From an uncultured Gemmatimonadaceae bacterium (GTDB taxonomy: Bacteria; Gemmatimonadota; Gemmatimonadetes; Gemmatimonadales; Gemmatimonadaceae): 64,000 nucleotides of DNA. Below the pieces are notes generated by a model, which was given only the letters and a program-made list of their open reading frames with translations, was not told the origin of the DNA and searched no databases. This document shows, in pieces, positions 8,625 through 20,332 of the stretch. Location: the NCBI GenBank assembly GCA_963817955.1, contig CAWFQK010000007.1, positions 96,001 through 160,000 of the forward strand, given 5' to 3'. Both the position numbers and the translations under genes were made by a program. Each line of letters starts with the position of its first letter. Position 1 is the stretch's first letter.

Positions 8625-10784
8625 ATGCTGAAGAATCTCAAGGTTGGCCCGAAGCTCGTTGGCGGTTTCTTGATCGTTGCTCTGGGGTCGGTCCTCGTTG
8701 GTGTGGTCGGCCTGGTCGGCATGTCCCGCATGGCTGGTTCGACCGCCGAGATCGCGACTGGTCAGGTTCCAGCGCTCATCGGATTGGCTGCCGTGGAGGC
8801 AGGCATCTCCGAACTCCGGCGGATCGAGACCGGGCTGTTCGACGCGCGGATGACGAAGGACGCCGCTCAGTACAGCAAGCTCCGCCCCAGCTACGACGCC
8901 GAGCTTCAAACCTTGGAAGAACGCGGCTTCAAGGTCTATGAGCCGCTGCCGCGGGAGCCGGAAGAGGACGCGGCATGGCAGGCCTTCAAGGGTAAGTACG
9001 CCGAGTTCCAGAGCCACCTCGCTCGCGCAATTCCCTTGCTGGACGCGGGCAATCTCGATTCCGTGGCTACTGGACTCATCGTCAAAGACGGCCACGACGC
9101 ATATCTCGCGACCAGCGAGCCGCTGGATAAGGTCGTCCAGATGCAGCAGAGCCAATCTGACGCGAATTGGGCGAATGCTCAGCAGGCTGCGTCGACGGCA
9201 CGATTGCTTGTCATCACGGCCGTGATCATTGCTGTACTCCTCGCCGTATTCTTTGGCGTGGTGTTGGCGCGCGGGATCTCGCGTCCGCTGGCGCTCGTCG
9301 TCGAACGCGCCGCGCAGCTCCGCGGTCTGTGTATCGCCAACTTTGCCGGGGGCGTGCAGGCGCTCGCCGCGGGAGATCTCGGATACCAGATCAAGGTGGG
9401 AACGAAACCAATCGGGAGCGATGCACGTGATGAAACCGGCGAGTTGTCGCGGAGCATCGACGGCATCATCACCGACACCCACGCGACCGTCATGGCGTTC
9501 GAGCGGGCGCGCGCCTCGCTGCAGGTGGCGATCAACGAAGCCAGCGTGTTGACGCGCGCGGCAAATGAAGGCCGGCTGAGCGAACGCGCGGATGCCGCAC
9601 GATTCGAGGGCAGCTATCGCGAGCTCGTGAGTGGCATGAATGGCATGCTCGACGCCGTGACTGCGCCGATCAACGAAGCCGCCGACGTGCTCGAGCGCAT
9701 CGCGAACCGGGATCTCACGGCACGCGTCGCCGGCGAATATCGGGGCGACCACGCGAAGATCAAGGCCGCCATCAACACGGCCGCTCAGAATCTGGACGAC
9801 GCGCTCGCCGAAGTGTCCGTCTCCAGCGATCAGGTTGCGTCGGCGTCCAATCAGATCAGCGGGGGGAGCCAAGCGCTGGCCGAAGGATCGTCCGAGCAGG
9901 CGAGCTCGCTCGAGGAGATCTCATCGAGCTTGCAGGAAATGGCGTCGATGGCGAAGCAGAGCGCCGTGAACGCGAAGGAAGCGCGCGGCTTGGCCGACCA
10001 GGCGAAGCGGGGCACGGACCGTGGCGCGGACAGCATGCAGCGCCTCACCGCGGCGATGGGCCGCATCAAGGCGTCCTCGGACTCCACGGCGAAGATCGTG
10101 AAGACGATCGACGAGATCGCATTCCAGACGAATCTGCTGGCGCTGAACGCTGCGGTCGAAGCGGCGCGTGCCGGCGACGCGGGTCGCGGGTTTGCGGTCG
10201 TGGCCGAAGAGGTTCGCAATCTGGCCATGCGGTCGGCCGAGGCGGCGAAGAACACGGCCACTCTCATCGAAGAGGCCGTCGACAACGCCGAAGGCGGCGT
10301 GGTCATCACGGACGAAGTCGTGAAGAACCTCAACGACATCAGCGCGGGCGTGACCAAGGTGAGCGAAGTCATGACCGAAATTGCGGCCGCGAGCGATCAG
10401 CAGACGCAAGGCATTGGGCAGGTCAACACAGCGGTCGATCAGATGAACAGCGTGACGCAACAGACTGCGGCGAACTCTGAGGAGTCGGCCTCGGCTGCCG
10501 AGGAGCTGTCGAGTCAGGCCGAGGCGATGAAGGAGATGGTGGGGCAATTCCAGCTCTCGGCCGTGACGGGGCGGAGCGTCAAGCCGACGTTCAGACCGGC
10601 CGCGCCGACGCCGAAAGCGTCGAAAGCGCCGAACGTGCGGCCGGCCCCCCGCCGCCCCGCCGTTGCGCCATCCTCACGTCTCCAGCCGACAAAATCACGT
10701 TTCGGATCGATCAATCCGATCAATCCCGCCGACGCGATTCCGTTTCATGACGACGGCGACGATGACACCCTGCACGACTTCTGA
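8625..10784 (+). CDS. Methyl-accepting chemotaxis protein (2 TM, 4HB-type sensor, HAMPs)
   Basis: [11 protein letters not shown] start; [20 protein letters not shown] hairpin; C-terminal pentapeptide-like TLHDF. Confidence 0.95.
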   Translation: MLKNLKVGPKLVGGFLIVALGSVLVGVVGLVGMSRMAGSTAEIATGQVPALIGLAAVEAGISELRRIETGLFDARMTKDAAQYSKLRPSYDAELQTLEERGFKVYEPLPREPEEDAAWQAFKGKYAEFQSHLARAIPLLDAGNLDSVATGLIVKDGHDAYLATSEPLDKVVQMQQSQSDANWANAQQAASTARLLVITAVIIAVLLAVFFGVVLARGISRPLALVVERAAQLRGLCIANFAGGVQALAAGDLGYQIKVGTKPIGSDARDETGELSRSIDGIITDTHATVMAFERARASLQVAINEASVLTRAANEGRLSERADAARFEGSYRELVSGMNGMLDAVTAPINEAADVLERIANRDLTARVAGEYRGDHAKIKAAINTAAQNLDDALAEVSVSSDQVASASNQISGGSQALAEGSSEQASSLEEISSSLQEMASMAKQSAVNAKEARGLADQAKRGTDRGADSMQRLTAAMGRIKASSDSTAKIVKTIDEIAFQTNLLALNAAVEAARAGDAGRGFAVVAEEVRNLAMRSAEAAKNTATLIEEAVDNAEGGVVITDEVVKNLNDISAGVTKVSEVMTEIAAASDQQTQGIGQVNTAVDQMNSVTQQTAANSEESASAAEELSSQAEAMKEMVGQFQLSAVTGRSVKPTFRPAAPTPKASKAPNVRPAPRRPAVAPSSRLQPTKSRFGSINPINPADAIPFHDDGDDDTLHDF

Positions 10785-10843
10785 GAAACGGGCATGCGAC
10801 GTACGCACCACACTTCCTTCAACAATTCTGTGATCACAGACCG

Positions 10844-11680
10844 GTGTCGCTGATGGCGTTCGATTATCCTCATGAGCTGCAGCCGCTCGAAGACGAACAT
10901 TTTCGGGCGATTGGGAAAATCGTGTATCACACCGCGGGGATCAATCTTCACGCGGGGAAGGAAGGGCTGGTGCGTTCGCGCCTTGCGCACCGCTTGCGCG
11001 CGTTGCATCTGGACGGATTCGGCGAGTACTTGCAGTTCGTCGAGAAGGATGTCTCTGGCGCGGAGCTCGCGCACATGGTGGACGTGTTGACCACCAACAA
11101 GACGAGCTTCTTCCGCGAGGCCGAGCATTTCCGCTTCCTGCAGACCGACGTGCTCCCGGCGCTGGCCAGCCGGGGTGAGCCCATTCGGCTCTGGAGCGCC
11201 GGCTGCTCGAGCGGTGAAGAGCCGTTCACGCTGGCGATCGTGTTGCGCGAGCTCCTCGATCCGGCCGTGGCCAGCACGACGCGAATCCTTGCGACCGATA
11301 TTTCGGCGCGCATGCTGGGCAAGGCGCGGGCGGCCTCGTACCGCGTCGACCTGTTGGCCGATGTCCCACCAAACCTCGTTGGGCGGCATTTCATTCGCGA
11401 GCCCGACGGCGAGACCGCGCGCGTCGTCGATGCGACGCGTCAGCTCGTCAAGTTCGCGCGACTCAATCTCATGGCGTCCTGGCCGATGCGTGGCCCGTTC
11501 GACGTCATCTTCTGTCGAAATGTGATGATTTACTTCGATCGTCCGACGCAACAACGGATCGTCGAGCGGTTTTCCGAACTCCTGGCGCCTGGCGGATTCC
11601 TCTTCGTGGGCCACTCGGAGAGTCTCACTCCGCTCCAGCACTCGTTGCGATACATCCAACCTGCGGTCTACGCCAACTAA
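10844..11680 (+). CDS. cheR: Chemotaxis methyltransferase CheR
   Basis: TTNKTSFFRE; WSAGCSSGEEP; IFCRNVMIYF; GHSESL (start may be ATG 10853). Confidence 0.95.
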   Translation: MSLMAFDYPHELQPLEDEHFRAIGKIVYHTAGINLHAGKEGLVRSRLAHRLRALHLDGFGEYLQFVEKDVSGAELAHMVDVLTTNKTSFFREAEHFRFLQTDVLPALASRGEPIRLWSAGCSSGEEPFTLAIVLRELLDPAVASTTRILATDISARMLGKARAASYRVDLLADVPPNLVGRHFIREPDGETARVVDATRQLVKFARLNLMASWPMRGPFDVIFCRNVMIYFDRPTQQRIVERFSELLAPGGFLFVGHSESLTPLQHSLRYIQPAVYAN

Positions 11681-12186
11681 TGTCTTCCGTTTGCGAGACC
11701 TTCGGCGCGCGGATCGTTGTGGGGGTGGGGGCGATGGAGGTGAGTGGCGATCCGACGGCGCATCTGGTGACCTACGCGCTGGGCAGTTGCCTGGGGATAG
11801 CGGTATTCGACCCGGTCGCGTGCGTCGGCGGGCTGCTCCATGTGATGCTGCCGTCGTCGTCGCTTGGCGGTGGGGATGGATCTCCTGCTCACGCGCACCG
11901 ATATGTTGACACGGGCGTGCCGATACTATTTAGAGAATGCTACAAGTACGGCGCGACCAAGTCACGACTCATTGTTCGCGTTGCCGGTGGGAGCGCCATG
12001 TCGGGAACGGACGACTTTCAGATCGGCAAGCGCAACATCGTTGCGCTCCGGCAGTTGCTCTGGAAGAACGGTGTGCTGGTGCACAGACAGGATGTGGGCG
12101 GGCTGCAGCAGTCGCGCACCATGACGCTGGAGTTGGATACGGGACGGGTATGGATTCGAGCAGGTGGAGACATTCGAGAGCTGTAG
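11680..12186 (+). CDS. cheD: Chemoreceptor glutamine deamidase CheD
   Basis: TYALGSCLG; LLHVMLP; IGKRN; DVGG. Confidence 0.92.
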   Translation: MSSVCETFGARIVVGVGAMEVSGDPTAHLVTYALGSCLGIAVFDPVACVGGLLHVMLPSSSLGGGDGSPAHAHRYVDTGVPILFRECYKYGATKSRLIVRVAGGSAMSGTDDFQIGKRNIVALRQLLWKNGVLVHRQDVGGLQQSRTMTLELDTGRVWIRAGGDIREL

Positions 12187-12583
12187 CTCTCATGCACGGG
12201 TGAAACGATGAGCTTCAACATTCTGATCGTCGATGACAGTAGTGTGATGCGCGCCATGATCGCGCGCACGCTGGCGTTGAGCGGACTGCCGATCGGCGAG
12301 GTGCATCAAGCCGGCGACGGGGCTGCCGGCTTGGCCATGATCCGTGAGCATTGGATCGATCTTGCACTCGTCGACCTCAACATGCCCGTCCTCGGCGGCG
12401 AGGACATGATTGACCGACTTCGACAGGACCCCGACGGCACCAGGCTCCCGATCATCGTCGTGTCGTCCGACGCCAGTACGGTGCGGCACGAGCGGTTGGC
12501 TGCCAAAGGAATCGGATTCGTGCAGAAGCCCTTTGCGCCTGAACAACTCCGTGATCTCGTTCTCAACACTCTTGGAATGACCT

Positions 12584-14129
<1,546 letters not shown>

Positions 14130-14144
14130 AGTAGATTCCCGAGT

Positions 14145-15092
14145 ATGGTTGCTGACGCGTTTGGCCCCCCGAGTCAACTGCGCACGGGCACACTCACGGT
14201 CGTCATATCCGGGGCGAGTGGACTGATCGGCTCGCGCCTGACCCGCACGCTCGAGGCCAGCGGCTGTGTCATCCGTCGGCTCGTGCGGCGTCAAGCCCGC
14301 GAACCGCTCGAATTCTCGTGGGATCCGGCGCACGGGTCGATCGACCCGGCGGCGCTCGAGGGAGCTCACGCCGTCGTCAACCTCGCCGGAGAGAATCTCG
14401 CGCAACGCTGGACGCGCGACACCATGCGCCGTATCCGCGACAGCCGCGTGCAGGGCACGTCGCTCCTGGCCGGCGCGCTCGCGTCGTCGGCGCCCCCGAA
14501 GCCGCTTGTCTTCCTGAGCGGCTCGGCCATTGGCATCTACGGGAATCGCGGCGACGAAGTGCTCGACGAGTCGAGCGCACCTGGTGGCGGTTTCCTCGCG
14601 GAAGTCTGCCGGGAGTGGGAAGCCGCGACTACGCCGGCATCAGATGCCGGCGTGCGCACGGTCCACCTGCGCACCGGGCTGGTACTGGCGTCGAGCGGCG
14701 GCGCGCTGGCGAAGATGTTGTGGCCCTTCCGCCTGGGAATGGGTGGGGCGATCGGCGGCGGCCGTCAGTGGATGAGCTGGATTGCGCTCGATGATTGGGT
14801 TGCGGCGATTGCGTTGTTGCTGCGCAGCGACCAGATAGCCGGCGCGGTGAACGTCGTGGCTCCCAACCCCGTGACCAATGCCGAGTTCACGCGAACGCTC
14901 GCCCAGGTGCTCCGCAGACCGGCGGTGTTCAACGTGCCGCGATTCGCCTTGAAACTGGCCCTGGGTCAAATGGCCGACGAGACTATCCTGGCGAGTCAAC
15001 GGGTACGCCCGGCGCGTCTGATGAGCGCGCGCTTCGAGTGGGCGTACCCCGCGCTGGAGAGTGCGTTGCGCGCTACGCAATCAGCGAGCTGA
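14145..15092 (+). CDS. TIGR01777-type NAD-dependent epimerase/oxidoreductase
   Basis: ISGASGLIG; VNLAGE; GRQWMSWI; SQRVRP. Confidence 0.88.
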   Translation: MVADAFGPPSQLRTGTLTVVISGASGLIGSRLTRTLEASGCVIRRLVRRQAREPLEFSWDPAHGSIDPAALEGAHAVVNLAGENLAQRWTRDTMRRIRDSRVQGTSLLAGALASSAPPKPLVFLSGSAIGIYGNRGDEVLDESSAPGGGFLAEVCREWEAATTPASDAGVRTVHLRTGLVLASSGGALAKMLWPFRLGMGGAIGGGRQWMSWIALDDWVAAIALLLRSDQIAGAVNVVAPNPVTNAEFTRTLAQVLRRPAVFNVPRFALKLALGQMADETILASQRVRPARLMSARFEWAYPALESALRATQSAS

Positions 15093-15867
15093 GTCGTTCG
15101 CTGAATACGCGGGATGCGGTGAGCCGCGTGCCGTCACGCATGATGACGATGTATTCGCCGTGGAACCACGGTTCCAGCTCCTTGATGCGATCGATGTTGA
15201 CGATCGCTGAGCGATGAATGCGCACGAACGTCTTGGGATCGAGCTTCGCCTCCATGTTCTTCATGCTCTCACGCAGGAGATGTGCATCGCCTTTGGTGTG
15301 GATCTTCACGTAGTTGCCTGAGGCCTCGACCCAGTCGATCTCCTCGGTCCGCACGAAGAACACCCGGCCGCTCGACTTCACGATCAGGCGCTCCGGGTAC
15401 TTGCGCTCCTCGCGCAGCTCCTCGAGAAAGGAAACGAGGCTCGAATCGATCGTCTGTCCCTTCTTGCGTACGATGTGCGTACGCGCGCGCTCGAGTGCCT
15501 TCTCGAAACGGGTCTGATCAAACGGTTTGAGCAGGAAGTCGAGCGCGTGAATCTCGAAGGCGCGGATGGCGTAGGCGTCGTGCGCGGTGACGAACACGAT
15601 CGCCGGCATCCATGCGGGATCGATGTTCTCCGCTACCTCGAAGCCGTTCATACCGGGCATCTGTATGTCCAGAAAGACGAGATCCGGCTGTTCGCGATCG
15701 ATCGTCTCCAGGGCGCTGACGCCGTCGGCGCAGACGGCAACCACGGTGATGTCTGTTTGCTGATCGAGCAGCGAATGGATTCGGTCGCGGCCGAGCTCTT
15801 CGTCGTCGACGATCACGGCGCGGATCTTCGTCGATTCTGCGGAGAAAGAACTGGAGGTTGGTGTCAT
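15073..15867 (-). CDS. LytTR-family response regulator
   Basis: REC (FLDIQMPG, LLKPF) plus FVRIHRSAIVN. Confidence 0.93.
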   Translation of the reverse strand: MTPTSSSFSAESTKIRAVIVDDEELGRDRIHSLLDQQTDITVVAVCADGVSALETIDREQPDLVFLDIQMPGMNGFEVAENIDPAWMPAIVFVTAHDAYAIRAFEIHALDFLLKPFDQTRFEKALERARTHIVRKKGQTIDSSLVSFLEELREERKYPERLIVKSSGRVFFVRTEEIDWVEASGNYVKIHTKGDAHLLRESMKNMEAKLDPKTFVRIHRSAIVNIDRIKELEPWFHGEYIVIMRDGTRLTASRVFSERLSSLIA

Positions 15868-17069
15868 CAGTCTGCCGCCGTCCGCTCGAAATGGTGAAAA
15901 GGAATTGTCATGGTCACATGCACTCCCTCGCCCGGGGCGCCGCGCAGCGAAAACGAGTGCCGGTCGCCGTACAAATGCGCCAGGCGCTGCCGCGTGCTTG
16001 CCAGCCCCACGCCTTCCTTGTGGCCGGCGCGCAGGCCGCGGCCGTTATCCACGACGTCGCAACGAAGCAAATCGCCATCGCGCTTCACCGAAATGGCGAT
16101 GGAGCCCTGGCCAAGGTCGCCGAAGCCGTGACGGAACGAGTTCTCGACGAGTGGCTGAAGGAAGAGGTTGGGCACCCGCGCGTCACGCGTCTCCGGAGCG
16201 ACGTCGATCGTGACGTGCAACCGGTCGCCGAAGCGTAATGACATGATCTCGACGTAACGCTGCAGGAACTCCAGCTCGGACTGGAGCGGGACCTCCTGGG
16301 CGCCAATGTTGTGAAGCGACATCCGCAGCAGGTCACTCAATGCGGCGATCATCGTGTCTGCCCGGCGTACATCTTTGTGCATGAGCGCCGAGATGGAATG
16401 CAACGTATTGAATAGAAAGTGCGGCTGGAGTTGCATCCGCAGCATCTGGAGCTGCGCCTGTGCCAATCGGGCTTCGAGCTGAGAGGCGCGAATGGCGCGG
16501 TCTTTCGACACGCGATAATACACCACCGCATGGTGGACGATGACGATGACGCAGAAGATGAGCGCGTCAAGCACCGTCCAGGCGAGCAGAGACGCATTGA
16601 ACAGCGCCGGCATGTTGGCAACCCCGATGGCGGGGTCGAGGAGGCTCAGCGCGATGGAGTAGATCGCAATGTGGCCGACCACGAAGCAACACATCGCGCC
16701 GACTTGCACGAGCCAATTGCGCAACGATGCATTTCCCCAGACCGGAAAGCGCTTGGCCCCAACCATGACCAGCGGCGTGAGGAGCGCCCACGCGTAGGTG
16801 AAGATCAATTCGGCCGGCACCAGCTGCGCAAGCGACACGGGCGCGTCGATGACGCGATTGTACAGATATCTCTCGATCGAATACAGGAGCCCGATGACCG
16901 TGGCGACGCAGAACAGCACGAGCGTGAACCCCACGCGATGCCCCCGCACGACCGCCTGATCGGCGCCCTGCGTCAACCCAAGGATGCTGTATTCCGCCGT
17001 CTGGGCCAGCGGCTCTGCGCCGGGCGGCGTGCGCGTTGGAGCGCTGGATCGTGATTTCAGTGGCGACAA
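15867..17069 (-). CDS. LytS/YehU-family membrane histidine kinase
   Basis: About 4 TM segments; QLQPHFLFNTLH; QPLVENSFRHG; start uncertain. Confidence 0.9.
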   Translation of the reverse strand: MSPLKSRSSAPTRTPPGAEPLAQTAEYSILGLTQGADQAVVRGHRVGFTLVLFCVATVIGLLYSIERYLYNRVIDAPVSLAQLVPAELIFTYAWALLTPLVMVGAKRFPVWGNASLRNWLVQVGAMCCFVVGHIAIYSIALSLLDPAIGVANMPALFNASLLAWTVLDALIFCVIVIVHHAVVYYRVSKDRAIRASQLEARLAQAQLQMLRMQLQPHFLFNTLHSISALMHKDVRRADTMIAALSDLLRMSLHNIGAQEVPLQSELEFLQRYVEIMSLRFGDRLHVTIDVAPETRDARVPNLFLQPLVENSFRHGFGDLGQGSIAISVKRDGDLLRCDVVDNGRGLRAGHKEGVGLASTRQRLAHLYGDRHSFSLRGAPGEGVHVTMTIPFHHFERTAAD

Positions 17070-17170
17070 GAAATCGGCTTCCGCCGGTTCGGTAATTGGA
17101 ATAGTTAGCAGATTGTTGAACTACGAGTGAATCGCCAGCAATCGGTTACGCAGCTGCGAAGATCGTGGCC

Positions 17171-17235
17171 TGTCATCCTGAGCGAAGCTTGTCATCCTGA
17201 GCGAAGCTTGTCATCCTGAGCGAAGCGAAGGATCT
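17171..17235 (+). repeat. Three tandem REP-like units
   Basis: tgtcatcctgagcgaagct x2 followed by tgtcatcctgagcgaagcgaaggatct. Confidence 0.85.
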
Positions 17236-17258
17236 CTGTGACCGATAGAACCGCCTTT

Positions 17259-17565
17259 AACGCAGAGGTCGCAGAGAACTGCAAGAGAGAACTGCAGAGG
17301 ACCGGGAAGGATTGTCTCGCCTGGAAGTCTTGGCTGATGCCGTCGTGATACTCCGATGGTATCGCCCAGGTCGAGATTATCAGCGATATAGGCAGAATGA
17401 TTTTTGGACTCAGCATCCACGGTTCATTCCCCCGATACGCGCCTCCCTTTTCCGTACGCTTCCAGTTCCATTTTCCAGTTCTCTTGCAGTTCTCTTGCAG
17501 TTCTCTTTTGCAGTTCTCTTGCAGTTCTCTGCAGTTCTCTTGCAGTTCTCTGCGACCTCTGCGTT
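17259..17565. mobile_element. MITE/REPIN-like element, copy 1
   Basis: Perfect 30-bp TIR (17259-17288 / 17536-17565); internal gcagttctct-type tandem units; core shared with 22396-22671. Confidence 0.75.
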
Positions 17566-17816
17566 CAAAAGCTGTTCTACCGCTCTGCGTTCAAAAGCTG
17601 TTCCGGCCCTCGAAGTGATGCGCATGCCCTCGAGCTTCTGGCTCCTGTCCAGCACTGTTTAGGGGTGGTTGGTTGAATGCGTTGGGCACACGGCCAGTAG
17701 TCCATACCCAGAACCCAACCCGTCGGTTTCGTCCAGGCTCCGTTCCTTAGACACTTGATCGGCGAAAATGGGCACCCAGCTGTGCAAACTCGTCGAAATG
17801 CGGGGGCAAACGCGAA

Positions 17817-17842
17817 CCCTCCGGACCGCTTGATCCGGAGGG
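17817..17842 (-). terminator. Hairpin downstream of the amidase
   Basis: ccctccgga-N8-tccggaggg, about 20 nt after the stop; weak U tail. Confidence 0.5.
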
Positions 17843-17863
17843 CCTTGGAACTCCAGCGTGCCG

Positions 17864-19693
17864 TCAGGCGAATTGGGGCGGCCGCTTCTTGTGAAAATCC
17901 GTGGCCTGCTGAAACGCGTGTGCCACCAGCAAGTTCTTTTCGTCCTGAAAAATTGGGCCCATGATGTACATGCCCGTCGGAAGGGCCACTTGAGGCGCCG
18001 GCGGCGCCGGCGGCGTTGGTGGCGTCGCTGCCCGCGTCGTATCCCCACCGCGACCGCCAGCCGCCCCGCCTCCCCTCCCGCCGCGCCCGAATGCGGGCGG
18101 AATGGCGAAGCCGGTGGGGACGACGATCGATGGCGTGCCGACGACGTTGGTGACCGACGTATTCTCCTGCGGCGTGACTACCACATCGTACTTCGAGAAC
18201 AGGTCCCACATCTGATTCATTGCGGCGATGCGCACGCGGTTGGCGTTCACATAGTCCACGGCCGGAATGAATTGGGCGGCGCGGAAGGTGTTCGGCCAAC
18301 TGCTGTACGGCTCCAGCTCCTTGATCTGACTGTTGAGCGTATCGGGCTCGAACGCCGCGCCGCACTCACTGTTGAGAATGATCGAATCCAGGTATCCGTA
18401 ATTCGGTGTCGGTACCTCGATCGCCTCGAGCTTGGCACCCTGTGCTTCGAGCACTTTGAGGAAGTTCATCGCCTCCGGAATGGGCGTCGTGGTGCCGTCC
18501 TGGGCGCGCCGCTCGAAGTTCGACTTGAAGTACGCAATGCGGAGCTGTGACAGCTGGTGTGTCGCGTTCCAATTGAAGGGATACGCCTTGACCGAGTAGT
18601 CGATACCATCAGGTCCCTGGATGGCGTCGAACACGAGCGCGCAATCTTCGGCGGTTCGGCAGATTGGGCCGAGCTTGTCCGTCGTCCACGACAGTGCCAT
18701 GGCGCCGGTGCGCGGCACGCGACCGAAGGTCGGACGGAAGCCCGAGACGCCGCAGGTGCGCGACGGCGAAGTGATCGAGCCGTTCGTCTCCGAGCCGATG
18801 CTGAAGCCGACGCAGCCTGCGGCCGTTGCCGATGCAGGGCCGGCCGACGATCCGCTTGCGCCGGGCGACAGTTGCTCGGGGATCCACGGGTTTCGGGTGT
18901 ACTGTTTCCACCAACGATTACCCTGGGCGAGCGATCCAAGGGCGAGCTTGGCAACGAGGATCGCGCCCGCCTCGTCGAGCCGCTTGACGACGCTCGCATC
19001 GTAATCGAACGTCTGGTTCTGATAGAGGCCGGCGCCCCATGTCGTGGGATAGCCCTTCACGGCGATGAGATCCTTCGCGCCCCACGGGATGCCGTGCAGC
19101 GGCCCGCGATATTTGCCGCGCGAAATCTCGGCATCCATGTCTTTCGCCTGCTTGCGCGCGCGCTCTTCGGTGAGGTTCACCACGAAATGGAGCTGCGGGT
19201 CGTAGCGCTTGAGGCGCGACAGGTACATGTCGGTAAGCTCCGATGGCTTGACCTTGCGCGTGCGCACGAGCTCCGAGAGCTGGGCAACCGGCGCGTATGC
19301 AAGCTCATCGAGGCTGCCTGGGCGTGTGAGGACGGGCATCTTGCTGCGCACGACCCCCGCCTTTGTCTTCCTCGGCAACTCCTTGCCCGGCGGTACGGGG
19401 TCGAACACGATCGCAGGCAGGATGCTCTGGTCGAGCGGTTCCTTGTGGAGCGTCGCGATATTCGAGCGCATCTGCGTCAGGCTGCGCACCATGGCGGTGC
19501 GCTCCTCATCGCTGAACTTCAGACCGGAGATCTCCTCCGCCGATGCGATCATCTCCTTGGTTATCTCAGGCCCCTGCTGCTGTCCCTGCGCTTGGGACTG
19601 TCCCCAGAGCACGCCTGGGAGGAGCGTGGAGCCGAGTCCTATGGAGCTGAAGTACGCCATGAAGGCGCGGCGATCGTATTTGGTGTCTGACAT
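17864..19693 (-). CDS. Tat-exported amidase-signature family protein
   Basis: DRRAFM Tat motif; GPLHGIPWGAKD; GASGSSAG; IGSETNGSITSP; Gly/Pro-rich GGRGG insert; start MSDTKY. Confidence 0.9.
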   Translation of the reverse strand: MSDTKYDRRAFMAYFSSIGLGSTLLPGVLWGQSQAQGQQQGPEITKEMIASAEEISGLKFSDEERTAMVRSLTQMRSNIATLHKEPLDQSILPAIVFDPVPPGKELPRKTKAGVVRSKMPVLTRPGSLDELAYAPVAQLSELVRTRKVKPSELTDMYLSRLKRYDPQLHFVVNLTEERARKQAKDMDAEISRGKYRGPLHGIPWGAKDLIAVKGYPTTWGAGLYQNQTFDYDASVVKRLDEAGAILVAKLALGSLAQGNRWWKQYTRNPWIPEQLSPGASGSSAGPASATAAGCVGFSIGSETNGSITSPSRTCGVSGFRPTFGRVPRTGAMALSWTTDKLGPICRTAEDCALVFDAIQGPDGIDYSVKAYPFNWNATHQLSQLRIAYFKSNFERRAQDGTTTPIPEAMNFLKVLEAQGAKLEAIEVPTPNYGYLDSIILNSECGAAFEPDTLNSQIKELEPYSSWPNTFRAAQFIPAVDYVNANRVRIAAMNQMWDLFSKYDVVVTPQENTSVTNVVGTPSIVVPTGFAIPPAFGRGGRGGGAAGGRGGDTTRAATPPTPPAPPAPQVALPTGMYIMGPIFQDEKNLLVAHAFQQATDFHKKRPPQFA

Positions 19694-19840
19694 TATGAGT
19701 GGGCCAGAGGATCGGACGACGGGATATCTGCGGCCTAATCTTCTCCCGCGGGACCAAGAGGCCGCAAGGGATATTGGCGAAGCGACCATCCTCCACCCGG
19801 AAGGCCCGATCTCCGTCGGCACGCGTTTATCTTTCACCCC

Positions 19841-20332
19841 ATGCCGATCGTTCGATTCGAGGCGTTGCCAGACTCGGCTCGCGTGTGGGTATTCGCGAGC
19901 GACAATCCGCTGACCGGCGCCGCGGCGGATACGCTGTTGGCGTCCGTCGACCAGTTTCTGGCCGACTGGAAAGCGCACGGTCGGCCGCTGCACTGTGCGC
20001 GGGACTGGCGCGATGGACGCTTTCTGGCCATTGGCGTGGATGTGACCGAGGAAGACGCCTCCGGTTGCTCAGTCGACGGTCTGTTTCGCACCTTCCAGCA
20101 GCTCGAGCGCGTCATCGGCTCGCGTCTCGTCGGCGGTGGACGCGTCTTCTACCGAACGCAGTCAGGTGTCGAAATGGCATCGCGCGAGGAATTTTCCGAT
20201 CGTGCCAAGCGCGGCGAAGTCTTGCGCGAAACGCCGGTGTTCGACACGAGCATCACACACGCGCGCGATTGGCGTAACAATTTCGAGCAACCAGCAGGCA
20301 AGACCTGGACGGCCGGCTTCTTTCAGAATTGA
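19841..20332 (+). CDS. Conserved hypothetical protein
   Basis: LPDSARVWVF, WKAHG and ASGCSVD motifs; -10 box 7 nt upstream. Confidence 0.75.
   Translation: MPIVRFEALPDSARVWVFASDNPLTGAAADTLLASVDQFLADWKAHGRPLHCARDWRDGRFLAIGVDVTEEDASGCSVDGLFRTFQQLERVIGSRLVGGGRVFYRTQSGVEMASREEFSDRAKRGEVLRETPVFDTSITHARDWRNNFEQPAGKTWTAGFFQN

Noticed and set aside
17192..17676. Short ORFs over the repeats and the 5' extension of the epimerase ORF to 22630
   Set aside because: Translations mirror the repeat units, and the two element copies differ by a frameshifting indel.
17604..17816. Possible gene remnant between element copy 1 and the amidase terminator
   Set aside because: No frame gave a recognisable protein; left unannotated.
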